A program made the position numbers and the translations under genes. 64,000 nucleotides of DNA from a virus. The notes beneath the pieces are model-generated. The model saw only the letters and a list, made by a program, of their open reading frames with translations, did not search any database and had not been told where the DNA came from. The stretch lies in IMG/VR virus record IMGVR_UViG_3300028585_000019, positions 1-64,000 of that record, one strand, 5' to 3'. Below, one piece after another: positions 59,329-64,000 of this stretch (position 1 is its first letter; each line of letters begins with the position of its first letter).

Positions 59329-61098
59329 TTAGCTAAACTCGTACCAAGTTTCGATATTATCTTTTATTACACCACCGTCGCCTGTTATCTGATAACGCCA
59401 GCCAGCAGGAACGTATAGGGTAAGCGTTAACCACCGAGAGTTGGTGGTGTTTTGTGCACCACTTCGGATTACAAAATTAGACGCACTGGCATTAGGCAAG
59501 TCGTTAATTAGTGATCGAAGATAGAAAGAAGCAGATGTTGTCTGCTTAGAGCGTAAATGTACTATCATTTCGTTTTTACTGGTGTTAGTTACCCAGTTAC
59601 CGATAGAACGTGAAGCAAGCACATCACGGTAGATACGGGCACTTTGAGGGAGAAATGTTGGCAGGTTCACCAAAGGCACTTTCCGACTGCTGTCCAATGG
59701 CGCTACGCCACTTGCTGTGTCTTTCTCACTATAAGGAATACCAGCCGTAGCTGCCTTAGCTTCTAGTTCAGTAAGTCGGGTATTTTGGACAACATCCAGA
59801 CTATCAATCCTTACAATAGCAGAGTCTGTATCTACTTGTTGGGCTTCTAGTGAGATAACCTTGTTATTGACGTTGGTAAGAGATGTACCTGAAGCTTCTA
59901 CGGCACTGAGTCTACTATCTAAAACGACAGAGTTTTCAGCAGCCCTATCACCCTTCTCATTAGCAAAAGCAGCCAAGCTTTCAACGTTAGTGAGTCTTGT
60001 TAGCTGTGCCGAAGTTAGCCCTAAAGGTGGTAGCTGACTAGTGAGAACCTTACCGTCTGCACCAAGAGTTGCAACACCACTAACAATCCCCAATTCACTA
60101 CGCTTAACTACAGTTGTATCTGAGGTCTTTAGAAAGTCTGCTGCATTACCCGCTACATAGTTCTGAGAGATTTCTGTGCGCAAAGCTCCAACAAACGCCT
60201 CTACACTCTCAGGGGTAGCTTTAACATCCCAGCGGGAACGATCTGTAGGACTTACATACCCACGTTCAGCAGTAGGAGTTACCATTGCAGTTGTGTAGTC
60301 TCCGGGAGCTGGTGAAACAACTCCTGTACGACTGTTAAAGGATGTAATACCAGATACTTGGGTATTGGTGAGTGGCTGCCAGTTAGAAGATAGTGAAGGA
60401 TCAGCACCAGCTCCTAAGATGTACCCAACACCATTGTCTTGTTGGTAGGCAATAGTAATATCTGAGTGCTCTGTAAGGGTGAGTCTTTGAGTAGCATCTT
60501 CTACAGTAACCTTACGTCCAGTAGGGAGTTCTGGAAGCTGTGATAAAGGGATCTTACCATCTTCTAAGTCAGCCTTTTCAGAGAGTTTATTGGTGAGGTC
60601 TTTAAGGCCACCTGCTGCATTACCTGTCACCATATCTTCAAGACTTTCAATTGCAGCATCTTGGAAACTGTTTACAGACTCTGTAGTTTGAACTCTAGAC
60701 AACAGAGATGCATTACTCTCAAGAAGACTGTTGACACTTGTATCAACACTAGATAATTGATTCTTAATGCTTAATTGAGCTGTGTTAAGTTGATCAATAG
60801 CTGTGTCAGCCAATTCAAGTTCTTCTTCTACACTACGAAGAGTGTTAGAGTTTCTACCAATATTTTGTTCAGCGTTGGTGAGTCTTGCCTTCATAAGATC
60901 TGTAACTTGATCAAGATCTTCTAGGTGAATGCCTTGCTCTGCTGCAATATCTTGAAGTTGAGCAAGCCTTAATGCTACAGCAGGGCTTCCTGGCTCATCA
61001 CCACCCAACAGAGCATCAAACATTCCTTGTTTGACACAAGCAATAACACCAATCCTTGCGAGGGCTGTGATTAACTCTGCTCTTTTTAGTTCATTCAT
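59329..61098 (-). CDS. tail fibre / receptor-binding-like protein in a stand-alone transcription unit
   Basis: coiled coils, three (GVA.L)D..GK.P..QLP repeats, SFNSRTG.V....GDY, C-terminal DV..SR.....TN...VP.G..Y....W.E; own promoter TAGACA-N17-TATAAT and terminator. Confidence 0.75.
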   Translation of the reverse strand: MNELKRAELITALARIGVIACVKQGMFDALLGGDEPGSPAVALRLAQLQDIAAEQGIHLEDLDQVTDLMKARLTNAEQNIGRNSNTLRSVEEELELADTAIDQLNTAQLSIKNQLSSVDTSVNSLLESNASLLSRVQTTESVNSFQDAAIESLEDMVTGNAAGGLKDLTNKLSEKADLEDGKIPLSQLPELPTGRKVTVEDATQRLTLTEHSDITIAYQQDNGVGYILGAGADPSLSSNWQPLTNTQVSGITSFNSRTGVVSPAPGDYTTAMVTPTAERGYVSPTDRSRWDVKATPESVEAFVGALRTEISQNYVAGNAADFLKTSDTTVVKRSELGIVSGVATLGADGKVLTSQLPPLGLTSAQLTRLTNVESLAAFANEKGDRAAENSVVLDSRLSAVEASGTSLTNVNNKVISLEAQQVDTDSAIVRIDSLDVVQNTRLTELEAKAATAGIPYSEKDTASGVAPLDSSRKVPLVNLPTFLPQSARIYRDVLASRSIGNWVTNTSKNEMIVHLRSKQTTSASFYLRSLINDLPNASASNFVIRSGAQNTTNSRWLTLTLYVPAGWRYQITGDGGVIKDNIETWYEFS

Positions 61099-61206
61099 TG
61101 AATTATCCTTGTTTTATAAGTACGTTGTATATTCATTATACACGATTTATACAAGTTTGTCTATTGTATAGGTATAAAAATGCCCCGAATTAACGGGGCT
61201 ACAAAA

Positions 61207-62940
61207 TCATTGACACATTTCACAAGACTCTACACGAGAAATTTCACCAGCACCACGCATGGAATAGATGTAATACAAAGATAGAATCCCTTCATCCTTG
61301 AACGCCATCTTATGGATCTTACCAATATATTCCTCACTATCATTGCTTGTAAAATAGAGGTTGATAGATTGCGCTTGATCAATATACTTCTGTCGTTGGG
61401 AGCAAAGACGCAGATAGTCCTCCATCGGAACTTCAAAGCCAGTCAGAAGTGCTGCTTTCTCTTCAGCATCCAACCAATCTACTTTTTGTACACTACCTTT
61501 GTTAGCAATCACTTCTCGAACACATTGATCAAAATCCAAACCCTTCTCTTTAATCCACTTAACAAGAACCTTGTTCACTCGGAAGAACTCACCGCCCGCC
61601 GACTGTTTAGTAAATGCCATTGCTGTGTCCAAACCGATTCCCTCTGAACCACCACCCATCAACTCTACACTAGACTTTGTTGGAGGCATCATCAGTCGTG
61701 TAGCGTTACGAATGCCCAAGCCCTCACAACCAAGGGGTTCACCCAACACTCCAGCCAACCACTTAGACGCTTGCAGAGACTCTTCATCAAGGTGCTTAAA
61801 GATCCTGTTATTCAGGAACATACAATCCAAGGACGAAACATTAATCTTCTTCTGTTGCATCAGCGTATGCCATGCAAGAACACCGCTACCAAGAGCACGG
61901 AACTCTTTAGTGAATCGGTAAATCTTCTGCATCGCCTGCTTGTCCATAGGAGTCATTTCATCCATCGTCGCAAGGTATTCACTGATATTGCAGTCTGCCA
62001 TTACCTGCCCAATGAACACTAACTTCTCTGGCCAGCTCTCCCACAACTCAAGATTGTAGTTCAGGATTACACAACTAAAGGTATAATTCTCATCAGAGGG
62101 CAGACACGTCTCTTGACATAAGTTTGACGCTTTTACTGTCATACCTTTACGCTTAAAAGCGTTAGCCAAGTGACGATTCATTTTAGAGATGAATGTGAAA
62201 TACCCTTTACCTCGAGGAAGCTTTACACCCAACATCTTACCGAACTTTTCTTCGGTTTCAGGCTCCTCTTCATCCATTTTACGATTAAAGTCATCATCAA
62301 TCAGCCAACCACAGTTGTTTGATTCTGTCCGCTCGTAAAGATGCTTCAATACCTTTTCAAAGTCACCGTGCTGTGGGCGTAGACTATAAGCCAAACTACC
62401 TCGACGGCTACCCTGTGTGGTTTCCTCCATTGCACCAACAAAATCACGAATGATGGGCATAACACCCAGAGAACGTCCTCCTCGCTTCAACTTATCACCC
62501 TCAGCAGGCCAATGATCAACTGAGTAACTTGTACCATGACTGTGCTTAGTAAGGATGGCCGCTTCTGTAACTGCATTGTAACGGTCAAACAGGTTATTAC
62601 CTACATAACCCCCTGCACAACTCACTGTAGTACCCCGGAAACGCAGCCCGCCGTTGGCTAACAAGGGTGTGGAACAGCTTACATAGCCGTCCCATAGAAC
62701 ATTAAAGAAAATATCCTCCCACGTTTTACCACAAGTATATGTATTCTCATCCCACCAAGCCGGATAAGTCTTAGGTGCATGTTGGCTCAAAGCTTTTGCA
62801 ACTGTTGTAAACCTAGACTTAACTGATTCATTTTGATAGCTGTATTTTTCATAGAACAGCTGAGTTGCACCTGTTGTATACCAGTGCGGAATCTCTCCCT
62901 TGTTTTGCAAATCTTTACGCAGCGCTGAATAATCAATCAT
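61207..62940 (-). CDS. nrdA: class I ribonucleotide reductase alpha subunit (short, no ATP cone)
   Basis: STP.LAN, VSC, RRG, SNLCQE, PPT.SS, QKYIDQ.QS.N, LYY, C-terminal CEMCQ. Confidence 0.9.
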   Translation of the reverse strand: MIDYSALRKDLQNKGEIPHWYTTGATQLFYEKYSYQNESVKSRFTTVAKALSQHAPKTYPAWWDENTYTCGKTWEDIFFNVLWDGYVSCSTPLLANGGLRFRGTTVSCAGGYVGNNLFDRYNAVTEAAILTKHSHGTSYSVDHWPAEGDKLKRGGRSLGVMPIIRDFVGAMEETTQGSRRGSLAYSLRPQHGDFEKVLKHLYERTESNNCGWLIDDDFNRKMDEEEPETEEKFGKMLGVKLPRGKGYFTFISKMNRHLANAFKRKGMTVKASNLCQETCLPSDENYTFSCVILNYNLELWESWPEKLVFIGQVMADCNISEYLATMDEMTPMDKQAMQKIYRFTKEFRALGSGVLAWHTLMQQKKINVSSLDCMFLNNRIFKHLDEESLQASKWLAGVLGEPLGCEGLGIRNATRLMMPPTKSSVELMGGGSEGIGLDTAMAFTKQSAGGEFFRVNKVLVKWIKEKGLDFDQCVREVIANKGSVQKVDWLDAEEKAALLTGFEVPMEDYLRLCSQRQKYIDQAQSINLYFTSNDSEEYIGKIHKMAFKDEGILSLYYIYSMRGAGEISRVESCEMCQ

Positions 62941-63923
62941 TAATTTTCTTTCCATCCCCGTACAAAACCATATTCATCCCAAGAGCTTTCATATTCCATC
63001 CCCATACCGGGTGTGAAGAAATCCACTACCTTATACGCATAGGTATTAAGCTCAAACCAATCTGTAATCGAACACTCACCTACTACGAAGCGATCTGGTA
63101 ACCCAAGACGATTGAGGTAAACATTCAAACGCTTCTTTACAAACTCTTTATATTCTTGCTTAGGAACGCTGTTGAATGTATCACCCGGAATTGCGATATC
63201 AATGATACGAGATTCATGTTCATAAGCATAATCAACTGCTGTCAAAACCTGATCGTACCGAATCTTATCATCCTTCAGAGTAGTACCAAGCTCATTGTAA
63301 TAAGTGTTGATAATCTCAGCACTAATAATACCATGAAGGTCTTCGTCGATGGCGCTCTGATTGGTACCTCGTGCAATTACAGGGATCATATTATAGCCAT
63401 TACTCTGAAAACTTTTGAGGATTGCAAAACTACTAAATAGAATTGCAGTCTCGATCATTGAGAAAATGATTACCCCCAAGATCTCATCTTCACTAGTAAG
63501 CAATTGACCAATCCAATCAGCCCGCTCTTTCAGTTCAGGGTCTTTAGTGTAAGCTAGATAATGCTCATCATTATCTAGACCTAATTGCTGGTTAGGTTGA
63601 TTGTAAAATTCAGCATGTACTGCCCGCTCAATCATCTCAACTACACTAGCAGCCAATTTGACTTCTGGTCGTGGAAAAATCTCAGCAATCTTTTTCCACA
63701 TGTCGCCAACACTAAGCTCATAACGAACAAAGAAAGTCAAAACAGTCTTGACAGCATGTAGTTGTTCTGGACTTAGCTCATAAAGTAATTGCATGCGATC
63801 TAGCTCTACTTTCATCTCTGAGCTAAACCATAACTGCTCTTCAAGCTGTTTGTTAGCAAGCTCCACAATGCGAGGGTAATACCGGGTGTAGCTGTCTGTT
63901 GGTGTTTGAATTCTTGTTAGCAC
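62940..63923 (-). CDS. nrdB: class I ribonucleotide reductase beta subunit
   Basis: W...E.....D, E...H...Y, E...LFSSF, DE.LH, DFF. Confidence 0.9.
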   Translation of the reverse strand: MLTRIQTPTDSYTRYYPRIVELANKQLEEQLWFSSEMKVELDRMQLLYELSPEQLHAVKTVLTFFVRYELSVGDMWKKIAEIFPRPEVKLAASVVEMIERAVHAEFYNQPNQQLGLDNDEHYLAYTKDPELKERADWIGQLLTSEDEILGVIIFSMIETAILFSSFAILKSFQSNGYNMIPVIARGTNQSAIDEDLHGIISAEIINTYYNELGTTLKDDKIRYDQVLTAVDYAYEHESRIIDIAIPGDTFNSVPKQEYKEFVKKRLNVYLNRLGLPDRFVVGECSITDWFELNTYAYKVVDFFTPGMGMEYESSWDEYGFVRGWKEN

Positions 63924-64000
63924 ATCATATCCTTATTCAATAATCTCAATAATACGTTTAATAGCTTCTTGGCTACTACCTACAACAGAATCTTTAACAA

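Noticed and set aside
1-64000. Prophage, integrase, retron or DGR elements
   Set aside because: No integrase, repressor, reverse transcriptase or TR/VR repeat pair was recognised in this window.

Overview
The window is 64 kb of a large, AT-rich, apparently lytic dsDNA tailed phage. The host is probably a gammaproteobacterium; Pseudomonas-like is my inference from the tail, GH19 lysin and Acb2 genes. Layout from left to right: (1) 1-4750, + strand early/host-takeover region of tiny ORFs, each behind a strong sigma70 promoter, including a minimal kinase-fold protein. (2) 4750-5550, a non-coding, hairpin-dense segment, probably a terminal-repeat boundary. (3) 5555-23355, a - strand array of small hypotheticals plus NADAR, permuted SLOG, HD nucleotidase, dCMP deaminase, ClpP-like protease, PhoH, an acyl-carrier-protein homolog and HNH endonucleases. 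(4) 23400-24650, a divergent origin-like region with palindromic repeats and RHH/HTH genes. (5) A DNA adenine MTase, tRNA-Arg(UCU) and two unannotated structured ncRNA candidates, one of about 380 nt with a pseudoknot and a kissing loop. (6) TerS, Acb2, TerL, portal, S49 protease/scaffold, decoration protein, MCP and a lambda/T1-like non-contractile tail with an inserted fibre + SGNH esterase. (7) An expanded lysis cassette with two spanin-like pairs. (8) On the - strand, an HNH, a stand-alone fibre gene and class I ribonucleotide reductase. All calls come from motif recognition by eye; no database searches or folding programs were run.
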